A stretch of 64,000 bases of DNA, from the NCBI GenBank assembly GCA_014905635.1, contig JABVCE010000022.1:124001-188000 (forward strand), given 5' to 3'. This document shows positions 1 to 10,499 of this stretch, piece by piece. Numbering within the stretch: the first letter of the stretch is position 1; the number at the start of each line of letters is the position of its first letter. The notes under the pieces were generated by a model that saw nothing but the letters and a program-made list of their open reading frames with translations, had not been told where the DNA came from and ran no database searches. The DNA is from Scenedesmus sp. PABB004. Its lineage: Eukaryota. The translations under genes and the position numbers were made by a program.

Positions 1-118
1 CGGGCGGGGCGGGGCGGGGCGGGGCGGGGCGGGGCGGGGTGCGTCAACGGCGGCGGCCCCGCGCCAGCGCCGGTGGCGCGCGGGCGAGGCCGCCGCGCCG
101 CGCGCCGCTGCGCCGCAC

Positions 119-1215
119 CAGGCAGAGCGTGGCGTTGGGGTCGGCCGCGGCGGCCCACTTGAACGCGTCGGGCAGCGCGGTGTCCCAGAGCCCGCACTCG
201 TCGAGCTTGCCGCGCCACGCGATGATCTCGTTGAACACGTCGTAGGTCGTGAACCGGCCCGCAAACGCGGCGACGTCGCGCGTCACGCGCTCCCGCAGCG
301 CCTCCACGTACGCGTCGCACGGCAGCTCGTGCGCCCAGAAGTGGTCGGTGCGGTACCACTCGAGCGTGTGGCCGCGGCGCATGGCGAACCCGCGGTCGGT
401 GGCCCAGCCGGTGTAGTTGGCGGCCAGCGCGGCCGCGGCGGCGCTGGCGTTGCCGCGGCGGGGCTCAAAGTTGAACCACTTGAAGCGATTCTCCGGCACG
501 ATGCCCCAAAACATCTCCTCGGCGGCCGCGAGGTAGGCCTGGGGGTCGGGCGCGGTCTCGGGCTGCAGCGCGGTGCCAAACACAAACTCGTGCCGCGCGA
601 GGCGCAGGCTCAGCGACGTCGCGTTGACGGCCGGCGGCAGCGACAGCGAAAAGTCGCCGGTGCGGTGCGCGACCGCCGCGGCCGCGGCCGCCGCCGAGCG
701 GGGGCGCAGCAGCTGCTGCTGCCAGGGCGGCCCCGGGAGCTGCTCCTGTTGCGACGACTGCTGCCAGGGCGGCCCCGGGAGCTGCTCCTGCTGCTGCGGC
801 TGCTGCCAGGGCGGGCCCTGCTGCTGCTCCTGCTGCTGCGGCTGCTGCCAGGGCGGGCCCTGGAGCTGCTCCTGCTGCTCCTGTTCCTGCTGCTGGCGCT
901 GCCAGGGCGGGCCGGGGATCTGGGACTGCTGGTGCCGCTGCCACAGCGCGTCGGGCTGCTGCCAGTGCGCGCCCGCCGCCGCCGCCATGCCGGCCGCCGC
1001 TGGCTGCTCGTAGGAGCTCCAGGGTGACATGCTGAGCTCCTGGGGGTCCCAAGAGGACAGGATCGGCCCTGCGGCGGCGCGCATCGGTTGCGGTTGCAGC
1101 GCAGCGGGGCACGCGGCGGTTGCGCCTGCAGCTCCGCGATCGGCTGCGCACCCGGCCCGGACGCTCGCACAAGCGTCGCGGCCAGCGCCAACGCCAGCAG
1201 CGATCGCGCAGCCAT
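119..1215 (-). CDS. Glycoside hydrolase family 10 (endo-beta-1,4-xylanase-like), secreted; 3' part runs off the window
   Basis: Exon 1 (1215-1152) encodes a signal peptide, MAARSLLALALAATLVRASGP. GT-AG intron 1151-1069. Exon 2 (1068-119) carries GH10 motifs FVFGTA, IVPENRFKW...EP, RGHTLEW, YDVFNE (acid/base Glu) and AFKWAAAADPNATLCL, then a GT donor at 118. Confidence 0.85.
712..965 (-). repeat. Coding tandem repeat (GPPWQQxxQQEQ)n in the GH10 N-terminus
   Basis: About 5-6 imperfect copies of tgctgccagggcgg(c/g)ccc on +, translating on - to GPPWQQ/QEQ units. Confidence 0.85.
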
Positions 1216-1444
1216 CCCTCCTGCGCGGCGCGGGCGAGCTCAACCGACGCTGCGCCGCCGCTGCTGCGCAGGCTGTTCCGTGGCGCGCCCAACTCACGGA
1301 TCGCGGCTGCGAGCGCTCCTGGCGCAGCCGACAGCCCGGGCGGAGCGGCGCCGGCAGTCGGCGGTTGAGCCCCAGGTCGGGGCCTGGCCGCCAGGCCCCT
1401 GGCGCGCGCGGCACGACCGCAGCGTTGTGATGGGGAGCCGCCGC

Positions 1445-1449
1445 TTACA
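1445..1449 (-). terminator. Putative UGUAA polyadenylation signal of LHCA6
   Basis: TTACA on + (TGTAA on -) about 325 nt downstream of the LHCA6 stop; UGUAA is the known chlorophyte near-upstream element. Confidence 0.55.
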
Positions 1450-1773
1450 GCGGCGCGCGCAACAGCACGCCGCGCTCTCTCGGAGTATCGTATCGTACAC
1501 CGTGGGCCAGCGCCCCGCACGAGCGGGAGGGGCGGCCACGCGCGCTCAGCCACAGCACAGCCCCTGGTGCCCAGGGGACCCAGCACACGCTGGGGCCGCG
1601 GCGGGGCGAGAGGCCTGGGGGAGGCCGCCGCTCTGCCGCGCCAGCAACGCCAACACACCGCTACAGCCCTAGACCGCCACACCGCCCGCTCGCTGCTGCT
1701 TCCGCCCGCCGTCGCACGGCGCCGCCGCTGGGGCGGCGGCGCGTGCGCGCGCCGCGCTCGTCGGCGCGCCGCT

Positions 1774-3769
1774 TCACGGCCAGAGGCCCTGGAACAGGCA
1801 GGGCCTGCGCGCGGCGGGCGCGGCGGCGGGGTGCGCAGGTCAGGCGCGCGCGCTCGCGCGCGCGCGTCTGCCCGCCCCGACCTGCCGCGCGCCCCATGCC
1901 CCGCGCCCCGCCCCGCGGCGCCGCATCAGAAATCAGGTCTCACGTGAAGATCTTGGTGCCCTGGAAGTCGGTGAACTGCGGGATCTTGCACTCGGGCTGC
2001 ACCACCTGCCCCGGCACGACGACGGCCTTGCTGAAGATCGTGGTGCCCATCGGGTCGGCGAGGTGCTCGCCCAGCGCCGCGAGCGGGCCCTTGCCCGTCA
2101 CCTGCGCGGCGCGCGCGCGCGAGCGTGCGGCGGCGGCGCGTGAGCCCCGTGCCCTGCCTCGCCAGCCAAGTCAACCCTGGGGGGCAAGCGCGCGCCCCCG
2201 CGCCCGCGCGCTCGCAGCCAGCCGCCGCGCCCGCGGCCAGCCCCCGCCGCCCGCCGCCACCAGGCCCCCGCCGCCGCGCGAGCCCCCAAGCGCCGCACCT
2301 GCGCGGCCATGGTGAAGCCGATGAACGCGAGCATCGCGAGGCGGCCGTTCTTGATCTCCTTCACCTTGAGCTCCTCCATCGGGCCGGGCACAAAGGGAGC
2401 AAAGCCGGGGTAGCCGACCTGGCGGCGCCGCGGCGCAGCAGAGCGCGGCGGGGCGGAGCAGGCGTCGGCCGCCGCGGCCGGCGCGCCGCCATGCCGCCAG
2501 AGGCCTCGCCGCCTCGGCACGCAGCGCGCGGCAGCACACACGAGCATCCACCCCCGGGGGCGCGCGGCGTCACGCACCTCGTGGGGCGCGAGCTTGTTGC
2601 TGGGGAAGAGCGGGTCGGCGTCGACGGACCCGGGGTTGCGGAAGTCCTGCCAGCGCTTGAGCTCGACAAAGTGCATCGCGAAAAACTCAAACGCGAGCAG
2701 GCCGACGATGTTGAACGGCAGGTCGATCTTGGTCGGCGCGTCGTACCAGAACACGTCCGGCTTGACCACCTCCTGCGAGTGTGCGCGCGGGCAGAGGCGG
2801 TGGCGGGGCGGCGGTGGGCGGCGGCGGGGGGCGGCGGCGCCGCTGCCGCCGGGAGGCTCCTGCAGCGCCGCGCCGCTGCAGCGCCGCCGCGGACCTGCAC
2901 GAGGATGCCCGCGACCGCGAGCATCGCCCAGCGCGCGTGCACGCGCTCCGACTCGGCAAACCACTTCAGGCTCTCGGGGTTGGCGCCGAGGCCGCTGCAG
3001 GCGGCGCGCGCAGCGAGGCGCGGCGGCGGGCGTCAGGCGGCCGCGGCTGTGTGTCGCGGCGCCGTGTCTGCCGGCCGGCTGCCGCTGCGCCGCGAGCTGC
3101 AGCGCGCGCCGCCGCGGCCGCGGCGCCTGCTGGCTCCGGTGGGGCTGGCTCAGCCAGCGCCGGCCGGCGAGCGCTGCCTGCAGCCAGCCCGCGACTCACA
3201 GGGGGTCGAAGCCAAAGTCGCCGGGCAGCCTGCGGAGCGGGCGGGGGCACGCGGGCGCGTCAGCACAGCTGCCACGGCGCCAATGCGCGCCCGACACGGC
3301 GGACACGCCGCCCGCCCCCGCTGCCCGACGCTGCTGCGCGTGCTGCGGGCGGCGCGCCCGGCGGCGCTGCCCGCTGCGCCCCCGCGCGGCTGCGTTGAGC
3401 TGGCCGCCCCGTTCACTCGCGCTGGCGCCGGGCATCTGCGCTCGATCGCCCGCGAGGGCGCGGGCCAGCCCCTGCGCGCGCAGCTGCATCGCGACCGCCC
3501 CGCCGCGGGCCCGCTGCTGCGCGCGAGCCGGCGCGCCGGCGCCGAGGTACTCACTCGCCCTTCAGGTGCGCGGGGGGCGCGCTCCCGGGCCTCCACAGCG
3601 GCCTGCTGGCGGCCTGGGCGCGCACGCTGCTGCGGGCGGCCTGCGGGCGGGGCGGGGTCGCCGTCAGCCCGCCGCCGCCGCGATTGCGCGATCCTGACCC
3701 CTCCGCGCGTCCCACCTTGGCGCTGGGCCGCGCGGCCACCGCGCTCCGGCTGGAGAGGGCGAACGCCAT
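1774..3769 (-). CDS. LHCA6: Photosystem I light-harvesting chlorophyll a/b protein Lhca6
   Basis: Spliced translation MAFALSSRSAVAARPSAK..RPLWRPGSAPPAHLKG..LPGDFGFDPL..ERVHARWAMLAVAGILVQEVVKPDVFWY..VELKRWQD..ELKVKEIKNGRLAMLAF..GTTIFSKAVVVPGQ..PCLFQGLWP*. The extended C-terminal tail matches Chlamydomonas Lhca6 as I recall it. Confidence 0.92.
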
Positions 3770-4139
3770 CTTGCGCGACTGGGCGAGCTGGGCTGGGGTC
3801 GTCCGCGGTGGAGTCTCGGCACACAGCTGCTGCACCGCGCTCGGCGGGCGCGCCTGGAGTCGGCCCCCGCGCCTGGATCTGGGCTGATAAGCCCTTAAGC
3901 CCTTTCTCTTCGATTGTGGGCGGCAACGCTGCGCCCAAAGCAGCGACCTGCGCCTGGCGAGCTGTGGCGAGCGGGCGGGCTGCGGCGCGAGCAGGCGAGG
4001 CCGGCGGCCCGGCGGCGGCGGCGCGAGCGGCGGGCAGGACCGCGCGGCACCCTGGAGCGTGCGGCCCAGCGGCGGCCAGCGACCTCGAGGCGCGTCCTGG
4101 GTGCCCGAGGGCGCGCCCCGGACGCCCAGGTCGTGAGAC

Positions 4140-4193
4140 GGGACGCGTCCGGGACGTCCGGGACGTTCAGGGCGTCCGGGACGTCCGGGACGC
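4140..4193. repeat. 9-bp tandem repeat (GTCCGGGAC)n in the divergent LHCA6/SF3A2 intergenic region
   Basis: gtccgggac gtccgggac gttcagggc gtccgggac gtccgggac read directly. Confidence 0.8.
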
Positions 4194-4748
4194 CGAGGTC
4201 GGCGCGGGGCGCGCCCTCGGGAGGGAGGTTGGCTGGCGGTCAGGCCGGCTGCCGGCAGCGCACGAGCGCGCCGCAGTGCCGATGGCCGCAGGCTGCCGAG
4301 CTGCCGGCGCCGGCAAACGCGCCCGCGCGGCCGCCAGCCTGGGGGCAGCGCGGCCGCGCCCGTCCGCGCAGCTCCACCGAGCCGGCGCTGCTCGCTCACG
4401 GCGGGTTGAGCAGCAGGGGCCGTCGCCGGCCGGCTGGTCAGCGGCGCGCGCTGCCCCCGCCGGCGGGCGGCGTGTGCGGGGCTTTGCGGCGGTCCGCCGC
4501 CGTGCGCGCGCGACCGCCCGGCCGCCGCCTGGCGCGGCCAGCCAGACCACACCCCACCCCTGCCCCGCCGCGGACCTCGCTGAGCCCCCTCGCCACCTCC
4601 CACTCGCCGGCAGCAGCAGAGGCCCCCGCCCGCTCCCCGCGTCTGCAGCTGCCGGGCCCCGAGGCACAGGCACATCGCGGCACATCCGGCGCGGATCGCG
4701 GGCGGGCGGCGCTGAGCGCGCGCGGGGGGCGCGGCAGCCGGGCGCGAC

Positions 4749-6750
4749 ATGTCTTTCCTCTCCGCGCGCGAGCATGGCGCCAAGCCGGGCTCCGGAGGCG
4801 TGGCCTCCGCGCAGCAGGAGGTGCGGGGCGCACGTACTGAGGGCGGCGGCGCAAAGGCCGCGGCCGCCAGTGCAGCGGCGCCACGCGCGGCAGCAGCAGC
4901 AGCGCCGGCCGCCTCACGCCGCCGCGCCGCCGCCCCGTGCAGAACATCGACCGCCGCGAGCGCCTGCGGCGGCTGGCCATGGAGACGATCGACCTGGCCA
5001 AGGACCCGTACTACATGCGCAACCACCTCGGCCAGGCGCGCCGGCACCGAGCGCGGCGGCCGGAGCAGCGGCACTGCCGGTGGCGGCGGCCCCCCCCCGC
5101 CCCCGCCCTTGACGCGCGCCCGCCCGCGCCGCCGCCGCCGCCGCCGCGCAGATCGAGTGCCGCCTGTGCCTGACGCTGCACGGCAACGAGGGGAACTACC
5201 TCGCCCACACGCAGGCGCGCGCGGCGCGGCGGCGGCGTCAGTCGCGGCGGCAGCTGCGGCGGCGGCAGCGCAGCGCGGCCGCCGCGCGCGGGGCCGCGCC
5301 CAACGCGCCGCCGTGCCGCGCCGCGCAGGGCAAGCGGCACCAGCAGAACCTCGCCAAGCGCGCGGCGCGCGAGGCCGCGGAGCAGCTCGCGGCGCCCGCG
5401 CCGCAGCGGCGCGTGCAGCTCAAAAAGACGGGTGCGCGCCGCGCGCCGCGCCGCGCGGCGCGCCCGCTGCCGCGTGCCCGACGCTGACCGCCGCGGGTGC
5501 TGGCCCGCGGCCCCGCCCGTTTCAAACCGCAGTCAAGATCGGGCGCCCCGGGTACCGCCTGACCAAGCAGTACGACCCGGAGAGCCGGCAGCGCTCCATG
5601 CTCTTCCAGGCGCGCGCGCGCCCGCCGCGTCCGCCGCCCTGCGCGCCCGCCTCCCCCGCCCGGCGCGCGCAGCCCCCCGCCGCGCTCGCCCCGACCTGGC
5701 CGCCGCGCTCGCTGCCGCCGCCAAGCCAACGCCCACGCACACACAAAGCCAACACAAACGCCCCCCCCCCCCCCCCCCCAAACACACACACACACACACG
5801 CGCCCACAGATCGAGTACCCCGAGATTGAGGACGGCACCCGCCCCCGGCACCGCTTCATGTCCGCCTACGAGCAGCGGGTGCGCACCCGCCGCCGCCGCC
5901 GCCGCCGCCAGGGCGCAGCGAGGCGAGGCGGGGCGCAGCAAGGCTGGGCGCGGGCCGCGGCTCGCCCGCTCGCTGGCGCGCGCGCGCACGGACGCCGACG
6001 TCCCTCCCCGCCCCGCCCCGCCTGCGCCGCGCGGCTGTGTGGACGGTCGCGCAATCTGACGTGGTCAGATTGAGACCGCTGACAAGAACTACCAGTACCT
6101 GCTCTTTGCGGCCGACCCCTACGAGACCATCGCGTTCAAGGTGCCCAACCTCGAGGTCGTCAAGCAGGAGGAGTACTGGTTCGCACACTGGTGCGGCGGC
6201 GCGGCGGGGGGGGGGGGCTGCGGGGCTGCGGGGGCTGCGGGGGGGGGGGGGGGGGGGGGGGGCTGCAGGGGGGCTGCGCGCGCTGCGCGGCTGCAGCGCA
6301 GCGCGGCGCGGAGCCTGGAAGGAGCGCCGCCGCGCGGCCGCCGCGCGCCCGCCCGCGCAGGGACCCCGACACGAGCACGTACACGCTGCAGATCGTGTTC
6401 AAGGCGCCGCGCGAGCAGTTTGGCCGCCCGGGCGGGCCGCCCGGCGGCGGCGGGCTCCCGCCGCCGCCGCCGATGGTCGGCGGGCTGCCGCCGCCGCCGC
6501 CCGTGCTGATGCCGCCGCCGCCGCCGCCGATGCTGGGCGGCGGCGGCGGCGCGCCGCCGCCGGTGAGCGCTGGCGGGGCCCGCCGCTGGCTGGGGCACTG
6601 GCGCCGCGCGGGGCAGGCAGCGCACGCGCTGGGTGGGGGCCCCTCGCTCGCTCGCTGCCTTGCCGACGCCGCGCCGCCGCCCCATGCGCGCAGGGCCTGC
6701 CGCCGCCGCCGCCCGTGCTGGTGCCGCCGCCGCCGCCGAAGATGGGCTGA
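4749..6750 (+). CDS. SF3A2: U2 snRNP splicing factor 3A subunit 2 (SF3a66/Prp11)
   Basis: Nine exons: IDRRERLRRLAMETIDLAKDPYYMRNHLG, ECRLCLTLHGNEGNYLAHTQGKRHQQNL (U1C-type Zn finger), VKIGRPGY, PRHRFMSAYEQR, YQYLLFAADPYETIAFKVPN, and a Pro-rich tail ending PKMG*. Confidence 0.96.
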
Positions 6751-6907
6751 GGGCGCTGCGCGGCTGGCGCGGGCGGCTGCAGCAGCAGCAACAACAGCCG
6801 CGCCGGGAGGCACTGCGCGCGCGACCGGTGAGTCGCTTCGTTGTTAACGCGCCCCCGATCCGCGGAGCGCCCGCGACCGCCGGGACCGCCGCCGCCGCCG
6901 CCGGCGC

Positions 6908-8163
6908 TCAGATCTGACGCAGCTCGTCCCCGTCCGCGGGTGCCGCGGCGCCGGCGCCGCCCGCGGCCAGCTGCAGCTCCGCCTTGAGCGCGCTCAGCAG
7001 CAGGTCGTGGTCCCACACCTCGGGCGGCTCCGCCACCTGCGGCGGTGGCCGCGGCGGCGACGCCGTCAGCGCGCGCCCTCCCGCCCGCGCACAGCGCAGG
7101 CAGCGCGGTCCGCGCGCCCCGCCGCCGGCCGCGCGCGCGGCGTCCGGACCTGCTCCGACGGCAGCAGGCGCGCGGTGAGGAGGGAGAGGTCGATGTCGTC
7201 GTCGGTGGCACGCCGCGACGGCAGCCAGCCCCGGTCCGCCTCCAGCTCGGCCACTGCCTGCACGCGCGGCCCGCCGCCGCGCGGCGCGCGCGCGACCTGC
7301 GGCGCCCCCGCCCGCGCGGCAGCGGAGCTCGGGAAACAAAACGGGGGCGCGCGGGGAGGCGCGCTGCTCGGCGGCAGGCGTGCGGCCAGCCGGCCGCGGC
7401 TGGCGGGCCGCGCCCCCCGCGGGCGGCGCGGCAGGCGCACCGCGCGCATGACATCCTCGCGGCCCTCCTCCTCCAGCTCCGGGATGTTCCCCACGCCCTC
7501 CACCGCCTTGTCATCGTACTTGCAGCGCTGCCGCGCCTCCACCCTGCGGGGCGCGGCGGTGCGCGGGGGTGCCGCTCTGCGGCGTTTGCACGCGGGCACG
7601 CCATGCTGCGCGCGACCGCCGCCGCTGCCGCCGTGACTCACTGCTCCTCGCGCTGCAGCTGCTCCTGCTTGCGCCGCGACACGCCGGTGAAGCGCAAGGC
7701 GCCGCCGTCGGGGTCGCCGGCCGCGCCGGCGGCGGCGACGGCAAGGTCAAAGCCCACGCGCTTGGCCGGCGGCGCGGGCGGCGGCGGCGACTGCAGCTGC
7801 GACGGCGACTGCAGCTGCTGCAGCTGCTCCGGCGGCCCCGCGCCCGGCGGCGCCGCCTCGCGCCCCCCGCGCTGCGAGCCCTGCGACGACAGCTGGCGCA
7901 GCGGCGCCTGCGGCTGCAGCGCCTGCTGCTGGGTCGGCCCAGGCTCTTGATCGGCGGCGGCGGCGGCCGCCGCCGCCGGCTCCTGGATGGCCACATGCCG
8001 GCCCGCGCGCCGCCCCGCCGCGGGGCGCGCCGCCTGCGCGCGCGCCGGCAGCGGGGTCAGGCCGCGCGTTGTGTGGCGGGCGGCGGCAGGCGCGCAGGTG
8101 GCTCCCCGCACGCACCCGCATGGGGGAGAAGCCCTCCTCGCCTGCTAGCGGCGGCGGGTCCAT
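6908..8163 (-). CDS. IFT43: Intraflagellar transport protein 43
   Basis: Exons give TGVSRRKQEQ, IPELEEEGREDV, VQAVAELEAD, DDDIDLSLLTARLLPSEQ and VAEPPEVWDHDLLL, the IFT43 C-terminal signature. Start MDPPP...FSPMR at 8163 is inferred. Confidence 0.85.
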
Positions 8164-8645
8164 GGCTGCCGACCCGCGCACGTTTGACCCTGGCCGCGCA
8201 CGCCCGGCGCGGACGCCGCACGCGCTGCGGCTCAGGGGTGACGCAGGCGCAGCGCCTGGCCTCTGGCGTGCGCTGTCGCTGGCTGCGGCGCCTGCTGCTG
8301 GCAGCGCGGGCAGCCGAGCGGCGGGAGCGGCGGACCGACCCGCTCCGTGCAGCAGGGCAGGCGAAGCTGCGCGTGCGCAGGCAGTAGTTATGTGGCGGCG
8401 ACCGGGGGAGGCCGTGGGGCGTGGCGTTGGGCGCCACGACAGCAAGCGGCCGCAAAAGCTCAACCCTCGCTCTGCGCCGCCGCTGCGCGCCGCACGCCGC
8501 AGACCCCTGCCCGGGCACGACGCCCCCACACTGCGCTGCGCCACCCGGGACCACCCCACACGCCTGCGCCCGCACAGGGAAGCGGCGGCAGCAGCAGCAG
8601 TCCCTCACACCTCGCCCGCCACCGCGCTCTCTGGGAAGCGTGCGC

Positions 8646-10126
8646 ATGCGGCGCCTCGCAGCGCCCCCGCAGGGGCGGGGGGCAGCCGCACCCGCACCGC
8701 GCGCCCGGCGGCGAGCGCGCGCCGCGGCAGGCGCGGGCGCGGGCGCCGCTGCTCCCGGCGGCGGCGCGACAGCAGCAGCGGCGCGGCGCGGGCTCACGCC
8801 CGCGCAGGTGGAGCAGTTCCAGCGCGACGGCTTCCTGGCGCTGCCTGGATTCGCGAGCGCGGAAACGGTCGCGACGATGATGGCGCGCGCGAACGAGCTG
8901 GTCGAGGCCTGGGACCCCGACAGCGCGCGGCGCTCGGTCTTCACGACCAAGGAGGAGCAGGCCCACGCCAAGGTGCGGCGGCGCGCCGCCGCACGGGGCC
9001 CGCCCGCGGGGGCGCCCTCGCCCTGCCGCGGCGAGGGCGTGAGGGGGCCTGCGCGCCAGCGGCGCGCGCGCGCGCCGCCGCGCCGCCGCGCCGCCGCGCG
9101 GCCGGGCCCGCCGCGCAGCCGGGCCCGCCACGCCGCCGCGCCGCGCGCCTCCCCTCCCCCTCTTGCAGGACGCGTACTTCCTGGACTCGGCGTCCCGCGT
9201 GCACTTTTTCTTCGAGGAGAAGGCCTTTGACGCGGCCGGCGCGCTCGCGTCGCCAAAGGCGCTCGCCGTCAACAAGATCGGCCACGCCATGCACGACGCC
9301 GACCCCGTCTTCCGCGCCTTCACGCGCAGCGCCGCCGTCGCGGACGTCTGCCGCAGCCTGGTGCGCCTGGCGCGGCCGCGGTCGCTAGCCGCCCGGCGCC
9401 GCTGAGCGTCTGCTGAGCGGCGGCACCCGCCCCTGGCGCCGGCGCGCAGGGCTTTGTGCGGCCGCTGCCGGTGCAGTCGATGTACATCTTCAAGCAGCCC
9501 CACATCGGCGGCGAAGTCGTGAGCGCCGCGCGCGCCGCGGGGGCGCGCCGCCGGCGCGCCAGCGCGCGGCGCGCGCTCGCGTGCGGGCCGCCGCGCTCAC
9601 GCTGCGCCGCCCATGCTGCGTGCCGCCGCAGACGCCGCACCAGGACAGTGCGTTCCTCTTCACCGACCCGCCGTCGTGCGTGGGGCTGTGGCTCGCGCTG
9701 CAGGACGCCAACCGCTCCAACGGCTGCCTCTGGGCGCTGCGCGGCGTGCACGCGCGCGGGCTGGCGCGGCGCTTCCGCCGCCTGCCCGGCGGCGGCGTCG
9801 GCTGGGACGGCCCGCCGCCGGACTGGCCGCCGCCGGCCGAGTTTGAGCCGATCGAGTGCGCCGCGGGCACGCTCGTGCTGCTGCACGGCGCCAACGTGCA
9901 CTACTCGGCCGAAAACACGTCGCCGACGTCGCGCCACAGCTGGGCGCTGCACGTCGTCGAGGGCGCCCCCGGCGTCGCGTGGGCGGCCGACAACTGGGCG
10001 CAGCGCGACCCCGCCGCGCCGGTCGGGCCGTGGGCGCCGCTGTACGACGACGGCGCCGCCGGCGGTGGCGGCGCGGAGGCCGGCGGCGGCGGCGGCAGCA
10101 GCAGCAGCAGCGTGGCGAGCCGGTGA
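8646..10126 (+). CDS. Phytanoyl-CoA dioxygenase family (PHYHD1-like) Fe/2OG oxygenase
   Basis: LTPAQVEQFQRDGFL, YFLDSASRVHFFFEE, NKIGHAMH, QSMYIFKQPHIGGEV, PHQDS (HxD), GLWLALQDANRSNGCLW and HGANVHYSAENTS..RH; three GT-AG introns. Confidence 0.93.
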
Positions 10127-10499
10127 GGAGGAGAGCGCGACGGCGTTGCGCGGCGGAGGGCGGAGAGCGCGGCCAGCGCAGCGCGCGGCGCAGCGGTATG
10201 CGGCCAGCGCGCGGCGCAGCGGCGGCGCGCGTGGCAGCCGGCGTGCGTGTACTCTAGCAGCAGACAGGCAGGAGGATTGAGGGAGAGGAACGTTGACGGC
10301 GGTGCAGCGGCGGCGTCGTGCGTGCTTCCGTTCGTTCGGTGCAGCGCTCGATACGGCAATTGCTCGCACCCCAGACCCATCGCGACGCCGTCCCTGGCCT
10401 CCCGCGCGCCCTGAGCAGCGAAACAGCGCGCACCAGCTCTTGCGCCCCTCTCGCGCCCACCGCAGCGCGCCGAGCCGCCAGCCGGCGCTGGCAGCAGCT

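Noticed and set aside
1..38. (GGGGC)n tract at the window start
   Set aside because: Simple intronic microsatellite of the GH10 gene; similar CCCCG runs are common in introns here.
2125..5112. 995-aa + ORF and the many other long Arg/Ala/Pro/Gly-rich ORFs in the track
   Set aside because: Stop codons are rare at this GC content; these frames overlap recognisable spliced genes and show no domain signal.
10247..10253. GTAC (copper-response core) upstream of the coproporphyrinogen oxidase
   Set aside because: A single 4-mer is expected by chance, and copper regulation is known for CPX1 rather than this CPX2-like isoform.
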